64,000 bases of DNA from an uncultured Hymenobacter sp. GTDB taxonomy: Bacteria; Bacteroidota; Bacteroidia; Cytophagales; Hymenobacteraceae. Where the stretch lies: NCBI GenBank assembly GCA_964251335.1, contig CAXUKA010000001.1, positions 20,034 through 84,033 on the forward strand. The letters are read 5' to 3'. Positions 34,373 through 43,325 of the stretch are shown here, in pieces; positions within the stretch are counted from its first letter, which is position 1; each line of letters starts with the position of its first letter. The notes under the pieces were generated by a model that worked only from the letters and a program-made list of their open reading frames with translations, did no database searches and had not been told where the DNA came from. Made by a program: the position numbers and the translations under genes.

Positions 34373-35668
34373 CTACGCCCAGCCCACCGTGAAGCGGTGC
34401 CGGTTGGGCGGGGCAAACTCATAGGCCAGCGTCAGCCCGCAGGTATCGCAGATTTGGCGGCTGATGGCTAGCCCCAGCCCTACCCCACCGGCGGCGCTCA
34501 GCGCGTCCTTGCGGAAGCGGGCAAACTCGCGGCCGGCCGGCAGTGCCTCGGCCCGGCCGGTGTTTTCCACCGTGAGCTGCCCAGCGGTGAGGGTCACGGC
34601 CACCGTGCCACCCGGCCCGTTGTGCCGGATGGCATTCACCAGCAGGTTACTAACCAGGATTTCTACTAAGGTAGCGTTGGCGCGCAGGGTTACCGGGGCC
34701 GCCAGGGCCAGGGTGAGGGAGAGGCCCGCCGCTTCGATTTGCTCTTGCACCTGGGCGGTCAGGCTGGTAAGTACCTGGCTCAGCTCCACCTGCTCGTCGG
34801 CGGCGAACTGCTGGTTTTCGAGGCGGGCCAGCAGCAGCAGGCTGCGGTTGAGGCGGGCCAGGCGCTGGGTCACGGCCAGCAGGGCGTCGAGGTGCTGGGC
34901 TTGCTCCTCGCTCAGGTCGGGCTGCTGGGCCAGCAGCTCCAGCTTGGTGTGCTGCACGGCCAGGGGCGTTTGCATCTCGTGGGCCGCGTTTTCGGTAAAC
35001 TCCTTCTGGCTGTGGTAGAGGCGGCGGTGCTGGGTGAGCAGGTCGGTGAGAGCGCTGTTCAACTCCTGAAACTCCAGCGTGGGTGACGCCGCCAGCTCGA
35101 CGGGTGCGCGCTGGTCGAGCCGGAAGCGTCGCAGCTGCGCCAGCGTTTGGTAAAACGGCTGCCAGAGCCGCCGCGCTACCCGCTGCTGCACCAGCACCAG
35201 CCCGCCCAGCAGCACCACCAGCAGCCCCGCCTGCGCCAGCCCGATGGCGGCCAGCAAATCTTCGCTTTCCACCAATGAGCTGCGCAGCACCAGCCGGTAG
35301 GGCTGGCCCTGGTAGGGCACGGTGGTGGTGAGCGTGCGGTAGGGCTCCCACTCGTTGGCCGCTGCCAAGTAGCGCTTTTCGCCCACGATACGGGTAGGCG
35401 GCGCGGCCTCACCGGGGCGCAAAGGACGCAGTTCCAGGTCGCGGTCGAGGCGCTGCCACAGGGCCAGGTCGGCGGGCGAAGCCAGCAGCGGCAACTTGGC
35501 GGCTACCTCGTCGCGGCGCAGCAGCAGGGCCTCGTCCACATCGACGTAGTAGAGCTGTTGCAGCACGAAATAGAACACGAACGTGCCAGCCACCGACACT
35601 AGGCCGGCGTACACGAGCTGCGCGCGGAGCGTGCGCAGCAGCAGCTTTACGGAGCGCGGCGTGCTCAT
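34373..35668 (-). CDS. Sensor histidine kinase (system 1)
   Basis: Two TM helices, H-box AAHEMQTPLAV and an N/G-box ATPase domain. The start overlaps the response-regulator stop (ATGA). Confidence 0.85.
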   Translation of the reverse strand: MSTPRSVKLLLRTLRAQLVYAGLVSVAGTFVFYFVLQQLYYVDVDEALLLRRDEVAAKLPLLASPADLALWQRLDRDLELRPLRPGEAAPPTRIVGEKRYLAAANEWEPYRTLTTTVPYQGQPYRLVLRSSLVESEDLLAAIGLAQAGLLVVLLGGLVLVQQRVARRLWQPFYQTLAQLRRFRLDQRAPVELAASPTLEFQELNSALTDLLTQHRRLYHSQKEFTENAAHEMQTPLAVQHTKLELLAQQPDLSEEQAQHLDALLAVTQRLARLNRSLLLLARLENQQFAADEQVELSQVLTSLTAQVQEQIEAAGLSLTLALAAPVTLRANATLVEILVSNLLVNAIRHNGPGGTVAVTLTAGQLTVENTGRAEALPAGREFARFRKDALSAAGGVGLGLAISRQICDTCGLTLAYEFAPPNRHRFTVGWA

Positions 35669-36348
35669 GCGGTGGGCAGCTCGAAGCGGTAGCCCAACCC
35701 GTACACCGTGCGGATGCACTCGCCCAGGCCCACCTCGCCGAGCTTGCGCTTCAGGTTTTTGACGTGGGTGTACACCGGCTCGAACGAGTCGAAATGCTCG
35801 GCCAAGTCGCCCGACACGTGCTCGGCGATGGTCGATTTCATCACCACCCGGCGCTGATTGGCCAGCAGCAGCAGCAAGAGGTCCAGCTCGCTGCGCGTGA
35901 GGGTTAGCGGCTGGCCGTGCACGGTAGCCGCGCGGGCCAGCACGTCCACGGCCAGCGGGCCGGCCTGCACCACGTTGGAGCCGTTGAAGCGCCGCCGCCG
36001 CACCAGCGCCGCGATGCGGGCGCTCAGCTCGGAGAGGTGAAAGGGCTTGGGCAGGTAGTCGTCGGCCCCCAGGTGCAGGCCCGCGATGCGGTCGTCGAGG
36101 GCATCGCGGGCCGAGGTAATGATGACGCCATCGGCTTGCTGGCGGGCTTGCAGCTGGCGCAGCAGCTCCAGGCCGTCGCCGCCGGGCAGCGTGAGGTCTA
36201 GCAGAATGCAGTCGTAGTCGAAGAGCAGCAATTTCTCCTCGGCGGCGGCGAAGGTGCGGGCCACTTCGCACACGTACTGCTGGCCTTGCAGGTGGCTGAC
36301 GAGGCTGGCGGCCAGCTCGGCCTCGTCTTCTATGATTAACAGTTTCAT
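35665..36348 (-). CDS. OmpR-family response regulator (system 1)
   Basis: MKLLIIEDE...DCILLDLTLPGGDG receiver domain plus a winged-helix domain (LTRSELDLLLLL...VYGLGYRF). Confidence 0.9.
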   Translation of the reverse strand: MKLLIIEDEAELAASLVSHLQGQQYVCEVARTFAAAEEKLLLFDYDCILLDLTLPGGDGLELLRQLQARQQADGVIITSARDALDDRIAGLHLGADDYLPKPFHLSELSARIAALVRRRRFNGSNVVQAGPLAVDVLARAATVHGQPLTLTRSELDLLLLLLANQRRVVMKSTIAEHVSGDLAEHFDSFEPVYTHVKNLKRKLGEVGLGECIRTVYGLGYRFELPTA

Positions 36349-36497
36349 CGAATGCGGGAGTAAGAAAAACAACGGGGCTAGGGTCTGCTACAGAGGCCGG
36401 CAACTAGGTTTCCGGATAACGCGGCATACTCCGATTATCCTCAACATCAGCGGGTAATCTTGGCAGGTAGTTTTTCAACCCCTACCCCATCATTCAC

Positions 36498-36929
36498 ATG
36501 AAAAAGACCTTGTTGCCAGTACTGCTGGCGGGCCTGGCCTACTCAGCCCAGGCCCAAACCCTCCAGCCAACCCAGGTGCCCGCCGCCGTGGTGGCCACCT
36601 TCAACGCAACATTCCCGGCGGTGAAAGCCCCCACCTGGGAAAAGGAAGGCGACCACTACGAAGCCGGCTTTACGCTGAACGGCGCCACCATGTCGGCGTT
36701 GCTGAGTCCGGCCGGGGCCCTGCTCGAAACCGAGACGGATATGGCCCCCAGCCACCTGCCCGCCCCGGTGCGCGCCACGCTGGCCCGCGCCTATCCAGGC
36801 TATAAAGTAACCGAAGCCGCTACCATCGTAGCGGCCAGCGGTGCTACTACCTACGAGGCGGAGGTGAGCAAGCACGGCAAGCGGCGGGACGTAGTGTTTC
36901 ACGCCGATGGCACGCCCGCCAAAAAGTAG
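36498..36929 (+). CDS. PepSY-like (DUF2874) periplasmic protein
   Basis: Signal peptide and two repeats of the type VPAAVVATFNATFPAVKAPTWEKE / LPAPVRATLARAYPGYKVTEA. Confidence 0.7.
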   Translation: MKKTLLPVLLAGLAYSAQAQTLQPTQVPAAVVATFNATFPAVKAPTWEKEGDHYEAGFTLNGATMSALLSPAGALLETETDMAPSHLPAPVRATLARAYPGYKVTEAATIVAASGATTYEAEVSKHGKRRDVVFHADGTPAKK

Positions 36930-37081
36930 CCAACCTGGGTAACTGATGTTACGCACCACCTGCGTCAGTTTACTGGAAACAGGCTTTTGCAGTTAATCCA
37001 AATGCTTTTTCCAGCGAATGGGAGCAGGTGGTGCGTAACAGCAGCTGGGTAAGCAGGCCGGGCTCGGATGGGTCAGGCCGG

Positions 37082-37843
37082 CTAGGTGAGGTAGCGGCCT
37101 TCGCCCCTACCCCCCCGCCGGATGGTTGGCAGCCCCGGTTGCTGCCCCAACGGCCGTAAGGTGGGCAGATAGCGCGCAAATGCCAGGTAGAGGCTCCCCA
37201 CCCAGCCGCCGGTGGCAAACCAGCCGGCCAGCACGTCGGACGGATAGTGGGCGGCCAGGTAAAGGCGCGACCACGCCACTCCCAGCGCAAACAGCAGGCC
37301 GATGCCCCACCCCACCCAGCGCCAGCGCGTACGCCAGCCCAGAATGCCGGCCGCACTAGCCAACGCCAGCGAAGCCATGACGTGGCCGCTGGGAAAGCTC
37401 GGGTCGGGCAGCTGCCGCAAGGCTTCCCCGCATACCTGGTGGTAAAAATCGGGCCGCAGCCGCTCGAAGTGATACTTGGCCAGCAGGTTAAAGGCCATGG
37501 TGCCGCCCACCGCGCCCACTGCAAAACCGACTTCGCGGTAGCGCCGCCGGTAGAGTCCCCAGCCCAGCCCGAAGGCCCCCAGCGCGTACACACTCAGCCA
37601 TACCGGGCCCTGGAGGTCACTGAGCTGGGCGGCCACCGCGCACAGGGCCGGCGTGGGGCGCTGATGCAAAAAGTTGAGCACTGGCCGGTCAAACGGAAAG
37701 CCGTGGTCGGGCTGGCGGCGGTCTTCGCGCAGCTCGTGCGCCACCTCCAGAAATAGCCCCCAGCTAGCCGCCACCACGGCCAGCAGCAGCAGCAAGGGGC
37801 GATGGCAGCGCCACGCCGCAGCAAGGCTATGCAATGCATTCAT
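37082..37843 (-). CDS. PAP2-family phosphatase (membrane)
   Basis: ERLRPD, PSGHVM and SRLYLAAHYPSDV motifs. Confidence 0.8.
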   Translation of the reverse strand: MNALHSLAAAWRCHRPLLLLLAVVAASWGLFLEVAHELREDRRQPDHGFPFDRPVLNFLHQRPTPALCAVAAQLSDLQGPVWLSVYALGAFGLGWGLYRRRYREVGFAVGAVGGTMAFNLLAKYHFERLRPDFYHQVCGEALRQLPDPSFPSGHVMASLALASAAGILGWRTRWRWVGWGIGLLFALGVAWSRLYLAAHYPSDVLAGWFATGGWVGSLYLAFARYLPTLRPLGQQPGLPTIRRGGRGEGRYLT

Positions 37844-37857
37844 TAACAGTAGCTAGT

Positions 37858-38883
37858 TTAGCGACCATATTCGAGCACCCGAAACGTACCGGGCACGATG
37901 CTTGGGCGCGGATGCGGGTTCTCGGCCGTGGGTGCCGGGGCGGGGCCCAGGTCGGCAGTGCAGGTGAAGAGGTGGTGCGTGGTGGGGCTCTGGGCCACGG
38001 TGCGGGCGCCGGGGGCGGTGGGGATGGTGGCCACCACCCGGTACTTGTCAGGTGCATCTTCGTGGATGACGGTGAGCGTACCCTCGCCGTTGGTGGTCAC
38101 GATGTTGCCGGCGCTGGCGTCGAAGGCCACACCATCCACGCCCTGGCCGATGGGCAGCACCGCCACCTGCCGGCCGGTCTGGCTGTCGGTCACCACCAGC
38201 TTGCCGTTGGCGCAACCACTGAAGAGGCGATGCGTGCGCGGGTCGAAAGCCAGGCCGGTAGGCTCGGCCCCGGGCGCCAGGGGGTAGCGGTGGCGCACGG
38301 CCAGCGACCGGGCATCGAACTCCACCACCTCGCTCTTGTCTTCCAGATTCACGAAAATGTGGCCCTGGCCGTCGCTGGCGGGCACTTCCACGTCGCCGCC
38401 CAGCGCGGCCGTGCCCACTACCCGGCCGCTGGCCGGGTCAAGCACCGAGCTTTGGCCCCCGGCGTTGCTGAAGGCAAATATTCGCTTCGCAAATGCGTCG
38501 TAGAACACGGCGTCGGGCTTGGGGCCGGTGGCGATGGTGCCCAGGTTGCGGAAGGTTTTGAGGTCGAAGGCCACGCAGTAGTTGTTGCGCCCGCAGCTCA
38601 CGTAGCCGCGGCCGGTGGCGGGCACCACGGCCACGCCGTGGGCGGCGGGCGTGCCCGTCACGGTGCCCACCACCCGGCGGGTGGCCAGGTCAATCACGTC
38701 GACCTGGGCGTTGTGGGCCACGTAGAGGCGCTCGCCGGTGGGGTCAATGGTCATAAAATCCCAGCCGCCATCGCCCGGCACCGGAATGGTGTGCAGCAGG
38801 CGGTAGGGCGCGGCAGGAGCTTGGGCGCGGGCCCCGGGCGCTAGCAATAGTGTAAGCGCGGCAGCAGCAAGCAAGTTTTTCAT
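37858..38883 (-). CDS. YncE/YVTN-type beta-propeller protein, secreted
   Basis: Signal peptide MKNLLAAAALTLLLAPGARAQ. Repeated blades (RLYVAHNAQVDVIDLATRRVVGTV, GRGYVSCGRNNYCVAFDLKT, and others). Confidence 0.75.
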   Translation of the reverse strand: MKNLLAAAALTLLLAPGARAQAPAAPYRLLHTIPVPGDGGWDFMTIDPTGERLYVAHNAQVDVIDLATRRVVGTVTGTPAAHGVAVVPATGRGYVSCGRNNYCVAFDLKTFRNLGTIATGPKPDAVFYDAFAKRIFAFSNAGGQSSVLDPASGRVVGTAALGGDVEVPASDGQGHIFVNLEDKSEVVEFDARSLAVRHRYPLAPGAEPTGLAFDPRTHRLFSGCANGKLVVTDSQTGRQVAVLPIGQGVDGVAFDASAGNIVTTNGEGTLTVIHEDAPDKYRVVATIPTAPGARTVAQSPTTHHLFTCTADLGPAPAPTAENPHPRPSIVPGTFRVLEYGR

Positions 38884-38926
38884 CGAAGATTTGAAAAAGG
38901 AGAACGCAGGAAAGACTGCCTGCTTT

Positions 38927-39676
38927 TTAGCGGGCGGGTAGCTCGGCCGGGCGCGCCGCCGGGCGCAGCGACTCGTAGGCTACCAGCCCGGCCAGGATGC
39001 CAAACAGAATCAGCGACGAGCCCGTGGTGCCAAAGCCCAAGCCATGCTTTTCGGGCGTCTTGGTCAGCAGGTCGCCAAACGTGGCCCCAAAGGGCCGCGT
39101 GAGCACAAAGGCCACCCAAAACAGCAGCACGCCCGGCACCCGCGTGACGTAGCGCGCCAGCACCACCACGGCCAGTAGGCTGCCAATGAGCAGCGCCCCG
39201 CCTCCAAAGCCCAGGCCCGAGTCGTCGGCCAGAAAATCGCCCAGTGCCGTGCCTAGGGTATTAGAAAATAAGATGGCCGTCCAGTAAAACAGCTCGCCCT
39301 TGCGCGTCTTGATGTCATTGACGGATAGGGACTTTTCGCTCTGCCACCATAAACCCAGCGTGAGCAGCAGCAGCGTCACGAGCAGGGCCGCGCCGGCGGC
39401 GTAACCCAGGCCCAGGGTGCGGTCCATGTAGTCGGAGAGCGTGGTGCCGGCCGTGCTGGTGGCCAGTATCACGGCCCAGTAGAGCACCGGCACGTAGCGG
39501 CGCACGGCCAGCTGCCCCGCCAGCACCGCCAGAAAAATGCTGAACAGGATGAGCGAGCTGACGCCGTAGCCCACGTTCAGGGTCATGGAAAGCAGGTCGC
39601 CGGCTGTTTCGCCCAGCGTGGTGGCGCAGATTTTCATCACCCAAAACAGTAGGGTGACGGCGGGTATCTTCTTCAT
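38927..39676 (-). CDS. COG4705-like integral membrane protein built from four internal repeats
   Basis: Four units of about 60 aa share the pattern [LF][YF]W......T.G[TE]..[GS]D[LFY]. They begin LLFWVMKICATTLGETAGDLL, LYWAVILATSTAGTTLSDYM, FYWTAILFSNTLGTALGDFL and LLFWVAFVLTRPFGATFGDLL. Confidence 0.65.
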   Translation of the reverse strand: MKKIPAVTLLFWVMKICATTLGETAGDLLSMTLNVGYGVSSLILFSIFLAVLAGQLAVRRYVPVLYWAVILATSTAGTTLSDYMDRTLGLGYAAGAALLVTLLLLTLGLWWQSEKSLSVNDIKTRKGELFYWTAILFSNTLGTALGDFLADDSGLGFGGGALLIGSLLAVVVLARYVTRVPGVLLFWVAFVLTRPFGATFGDLLTKTPEKHGLGFGTTGSSLILFGILAGLVAYESLRPAARPAELPAR

Positions 39677-39701
39677 AACAAGCAGTCAATGAATAGGTAG
39701 C

Positions 39702-40517
39702 TTAGCGCAGCTGCCAGTGCAGCGTCAGGCCCGTGGCCCCGGCGTAGTAGAGCGGCGCTACCTGCCACGAGGCTGCGCCCAGCGGCTTGCGGCCCCAGCG
39801 GTGGCGGTGGGTGAGGTAGGCCAGGTGGGCCGAGAGAATGCCGAAGCCCGCCCCGGCAAACACGTCGGATTCCCAGTGCTTGTCGTTTAGCATGCGCAGG
39901 GCGGCCACGCCGGTGGCAATGGTATAGGCCCCGACGCCGTACCACTGACTCTTCTCGCGCAGCTCGGTGTGCACGATGCTGGCGGCCAGAAACGCCTGCG
40001 CCGTGTGCCCCGACGGGAAGGCCGTGGCCGTGCCATCGGGCCGGGTGATGTTGGTCAGGTTTTTCACCGCGAACACGCTGGCCAGCATGAATACCTCGCT
40101 CTTGAGGATGACCAGGCCCAGGTTCACGTGGTCGTTTTTGCTCTCGACGCCGGCCAGCAACACCCCGCCCAGCTCGAAGTAGGGCGCGAATTGCAGGTAA
40201 TCATCGACGTGCGTGTGGCGGCCGGGGCCAAAGAGGTGGTTGATGTCGCTTTTAGCATCGTAGCTGGAGTAGAAGCCGTGGCCGTTAATCGTGCTGATGC
40301 CGTAGCCGATGAGCACCGCCGGTACGACCGCCGCCCGGAAGCCCTTGCTTTGGAAAAAGCTGCGCTTTTCGTCGGCTGCTACGCCCACCGCCGGGCGCTC
40401 GTATTTGTGCAGGGTGTCGGCCGCCGCCGGGGCGGGCACCTGCTGGGCGTGGGTCGCGCTCAGCGGGCCGGCCAGCAGCAGGGCCAGGCCCGCCGCTTTT
40501 AGAAAGGAAAAGCGCAT
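39702..40517 (-). CDS. PAP2-family phosphatase, secreted or membrane
   Basis: Signal peptide with ITRPDG, PSGHTAQAF and LRMLNDKHWESDV motifs. Confidence 0.8.
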   Translation of the reverse strand: MRFSFLKAAGLALLLAGPLSATHAQQVPAPAAADTLHKYERPAVGVAADEKRSFFQSKGFRAAVVPAVLIGYGISTINGHGFYSSYDAKSDINHLFGPGRHTHVDDYLQFAPYFELGGVLLAGVESKNDHVNLGLVILKSEVFMLASVFAVKNLTNITRPDGTATAFPSGHTAQAFLAASIVHTELREKSQWYGVGAYTIATGVAALRMLNDKHWESDVFAGAGFGILSAHLAYLTHRHRWGRKPLGAASWQVAPLYYAGATGLTLHWQLR

Positions 40518-40540
40518 AGGCTAAAAGGCTTGAAAAGAAG

Positions 40541-40954
40541 TCAGAAAATCAAGACCAGCGTGCCGCCGATAATCATTGCCGCGCCCAGGCCAGTGTGCCA
40601 GGTCAGTCTCTCGCCCAAAAACACTACCGACAGCACAATGGCAATGGCCACGCTGAGCTTATCGACCGGGGCCACCTGCGACACTTTGCCCAGCTGCAAG
40701 GCCCGGAAGTAGAATATCCACGACAGTCCCGTGGCCACGCCCGACAAGCCCAGGAAAATCAGGTTGGTGCGCGTGAGCAGGCCAATCTGGTCGAGCCCGC
40801 CCCGGAAATAGACAATGCCCCAGGCCAGCACCAGGATAACCACCGTGCGGATGGCCGTAGCCAGGTTAGAGTCGACACCCTTGATGCCAATTTTGGCCAG
40901 AATGGCCGTGAGCGCCGCAAACACGGCCGAGAGCAAGGCATAAATCCACCACAT
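40541..40954 (-). CDS. Single-EamA-domain (4-TM, DMT superfamily) small transporter
   Basis: 137 aa. It begins MWWIYALLSAVFAALTAILAKIGIKGVDSNLATAIR. A paralog lies at 53114..53533. Confidence 0.7.
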   Translation of the reverse strand: MWWIYALLSAVFAALTAILAKIGIKGVDSNLATAIRTVVILVLAWGIVYFRGGLDQIGLLTRTNLIFLGLSGVATGLSWIFYFRALQLGKVSQVAPVDKLSVAIAIVLSVVFLGERLTWHTGLGAAMIIGGTLVLIF

Positions 40955-40967
40955 AGTAAGCTAATGA

Positions 40968-41840
40968 TTAAGGGTTAGCTGGCAGCTCAGCGAAGCGATA
41001 CAAGCGGCCCGGCCCGTGCTTGCTGCCGTCTTCGCTCGACACGAACAGGTCGCCAGTGGGCGCAAACGCCAGGCCTTCGGGCTGCGGAAACAGCGCCGGG
41101 TCCAGCGTGTGCGCGGCCACGAGCCCGCCCTGCGCATCCAGCTCCACCAGGTCGTTGCCGCGGGCCGAGAGCACGAACACGTGGTGGGTGCGCGGGTGCA
41201 CCGCCACGGCCGAGGGCGCAAACCGGCTCAGGCTACCGGCCTTTTGGGCGGTTTCGCCGGGGCGCACGGCGGCCGGCGAGCGGGCCAGGATGGCCGGAAT
41301 ATCCAGCACGTAGGCGGGGGACGCGTCGATGTGGTAGGTGCGGGGATTGAGGCGGTATACCGCCCGCTGGGTGGCGGGCAGGCCCGCACCGGGCTCGCCC
41401 TTGCAGGCCACCAGCAGCGTCTGAGTGGCGGGGTCGTAGGTGAGGCCTTCCGGCTCGTTAGCGGCGCTCAGGCCAGTGTCGTACGTAGTAGTTACGTGGC
41501 CGGCGCGCTTAAACAGCCGGCCGTCGCTGCGCAGGATGAGCCAGCCGCCGGGCACCCGCGCCACGTCCTCGTAGTCGCCGGGGCCCGCAAACTGCACGGT
41601 GCTGTCGAGGCGCTGGGTGCGCAGGTTATAGAAAAAGAGGCTGCCGGCTTCGTCCTCGATGCAGGCCAGCTGCTGGGCGCTGCCCCACGCCTGCCCGGAT
41701 AGCTCGCGCAGCTCGGCCGGCACAGCATAGGTGGTGGCCGGGTGGGTAAAGTCGTAGGAGCTACCCGCCGGGGCCCCGTCGGTTGCCGGCCGGGGGTAGC
41801 CGGGAACCGCCAGCAGCGCCGCCAGCAAAAAATGTCGCAT
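40968..41840 (-). CDS. SdiA-regulated/YjiK-like beta-propeller domain protein, secreted
   Basis: The internal Met gives a signal peptide MRHFLLAALLAVPG. VPAELRELSGQAW and EDEAGSLFFYN are present, with PEGL at two places (EPEGLTYD and QPEGLAFAPTGDLFVSSE). Confidence 0.6.
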   Translation of the reverse strand: MRHFLLAALLAVPGYPRPATDGAPAGSSYDFTHPATTYAVPAELRELSGQAWGSAQQLACIEDEAGSLFFYNLRTQRLDSTVQFAGPGDYEDVARVPGGWLILRSDGRLFKRAGHVTTTYDTGLSAANEPEGLTYDPATQTLLVACKGEPGAGLPATQRAVYRLNPRTYHIDASPAYVLDIPAILARSPAAVRPGETAQKAGSLSRFAPSAVAVHPRTHHVFVLSARGNDLVELDAQGGLVAAHTLDPALFPQPEGLAFAPTGDLFVSSEDGSKHGPGRLYRFAELPANP

Positions 41841-42067
41841 GAGCCTTACCAGGTAAGTGTGGGATGGTAAGGCAAGACTAGGAGGCAATTCTGAGCTTGT
41901 TCGGAGTGCCGCTCGTTACCTGCGCCGATAGTTTGGGCACGTAGGGTTTTTAGGTAGGGAAGATTTAAGATTCCTAAGTTTGAAAAGTTTGTGCCAAGTA
42001 TTCGGCCCCCCCTAATCAATATGAGCTCAATCACTCAACCCTGCCAAGGCTGAAACTTGTCAGAATG

Positions 42068-42098
42068 ATTTTCAGTTTGCAATTTGCAAACTGAAAAT
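42068..42098. promoter_or_regulatory. Perfect 31-bp palindrome (operator candidate) 11 nt upstream of the 42110 start
   Basis: attttcagtttgcaa-t-ttgcaaactgaaaat. Confidence 0.6.
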
Positions 42099-42109
42099 AC
42101 TAACTGCTC

Positions 42110-42634
42110 ATGCGCCATCACAATGGAATGCGACCCCAAGACATAGTCATTCTCTTCAAGATTATGTTGCTGGAAGAGGGCAGCTGGCTCAGCAAGGATT
42201 TAGCCCGCTCCTTGTTTCTGAGCCCGACGGAAGTATCCTTTGGCATCAAGCGCTGCCAGTACGCTCGACTGCTGGATAGTACCGGGCGCCGGGTGGCCCG
42301 CCGCACCTTTACCGAGTTTGTCCTGTACGGCCTGCCGGTGGTGTTTCCCACCCAGCCGGGTGCCCAGGTCCGGGGCCTGCCCACGGCCCATAGCGCGCCG
42401 CCCTTGCTGGCGCAGATTGTGGCCGAACAAGCCTACGTCTGGCCTGATGCCGAGGGGGAGGTTTGGGGGGCAGCTATCGCCCCGCTCTACCCCAAGGTGC
42501 CGCAGGTGGCCCGGGAAGATGCGCAACTCTATGAGTTGCTGGCCCTCACCGATGCCCTGCGGGTCGGTCGCCCGCGCGAGCGTCGGCTGGCTATGGATAT
42601 GCTAAGCGAGATTACCCTCCTGAATCATGTCTAA
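42110..42634 (+). CDS. Winged-helix-like putative antitoxin or regulator (AbiEi-like role)
   Basis: The N-terminal RPQDIVILFKIMLLEEGSWLSKDLARSLFLSPTEVSFGIKRCQYARLL looks wHTH-like. It overlaps the next gene by 8 nt. Confidence 0.5.
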   Translation: MRHHNGMRPQDIVILFKIMLLEEGSWLSKDLARSLFLSPTEVSFGIKRCQYARLLDSTGRRVARRTFTEFVLYGLPVVFPTQPGAQVRGLPTAHSAPPLLAQIVAEQAYVWPDAEGEVWGAAIAPLYPKVPQVAREDAQLYELLALTDALRVGRPRERRLAMDMLSEITLLNHV

Positions 42635-43325
42635 CCAGGTAAATCTGGCGGCCTTGCAAGCCGTGGCCCGCGCCTTGGGGCCGGTGCTGAGCCGGGTGGT
42701 ATTCGTGGGCGGTAGCACCGCTGGTTTGTACAACACCGTTCCGAAAGCGCCCGAGTCTCGCTTTACGAATGATGTGGACTGCATCATCGAAGTCGTCCCG
42801 CGCATGGCCTATTATGCCCTGGAAGAAGAACTGCGTGCCTTGGGCTTTGTCAATGACCAGACGGCAAAAGTTATCTGCCGCTGGCGGGTGGGCAGCCTGG
42901 TGGTGGATATCATGCCCCTCAACGAGGACAATATTCTGGGCTTCTCGAATCCCTGGTACCCGGAAGGCTTTGCGCACGCGCTCCCTTACACGCTGCCCGG
43001 TGAGACGGTTATTCAGATTATGCCAGCCGTTTACTTCGTAGCCACGAAGCTGGCAGCTTTGCGCAGTCGGGGCATGCAGGATATTCGCCTCAGCAATGAT
43101 TTAGAAGACATCGTGTACCTGGTTGACAACCGCCTCGAATTAGCCACGGAGGTTGCTACCGCTTCTGAGGCGGTGCGGGCTTATATCGCCGCTGAAATTG
43201 GGCAGCTGCTCCGGCACCCAGAAATGCGGGAAGCCATAGATGGCCACCTGCCCTACGGGTCGGGTGATGCGCGGAAGTATCTGATAGAAAAAAGATTGGC
43301 CGCCCTAGCAAATACAGCACAGTAG
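42627..43325 (+). CDS. Nucleotidyltransferase-fold protein (AbiEii/DUF1814-like putative toxin)
   Basis: VFVGGSTAGLY...RFTNDVDCII (G[SG]-x-DxD), VVDIMP (third acidic residue) and KLAALRSRGMQDIRLSNDLEDIVYL motifs. Confidence 0.6.
   Translation: MSNQVNLAALQAVARALGPVLSRVVFVGGSTAGLYNTVPKAPESRFTNDVDCIIEVVPRMAYYALEEELRALGFVNDQTAKVICRWRVGSLVVDIMPLNEDNILGFSNPWYPEGFAHALPYTLPGETVIQIMPAVYFVATKLAALRSRGMQDIRLSNDLEDIVYLVDNRLELATEVATASEAVRAYIAAEIGQLLRHPEMREAIDGHLPYGSGDARKYLIEKRLAALANTAQ

Noticed and set aside
34373-36403. A single 676-aa ORF that looks like a fused regulator-kinase
   Set aside because: Its N-terminal 244 aa are an out-of-frame shadow (Arg/Pro/Ala-rich) of the response-regulator gene. The kinase starts at the internal MSTPRSV (35668), which overlaps the regulator stop.
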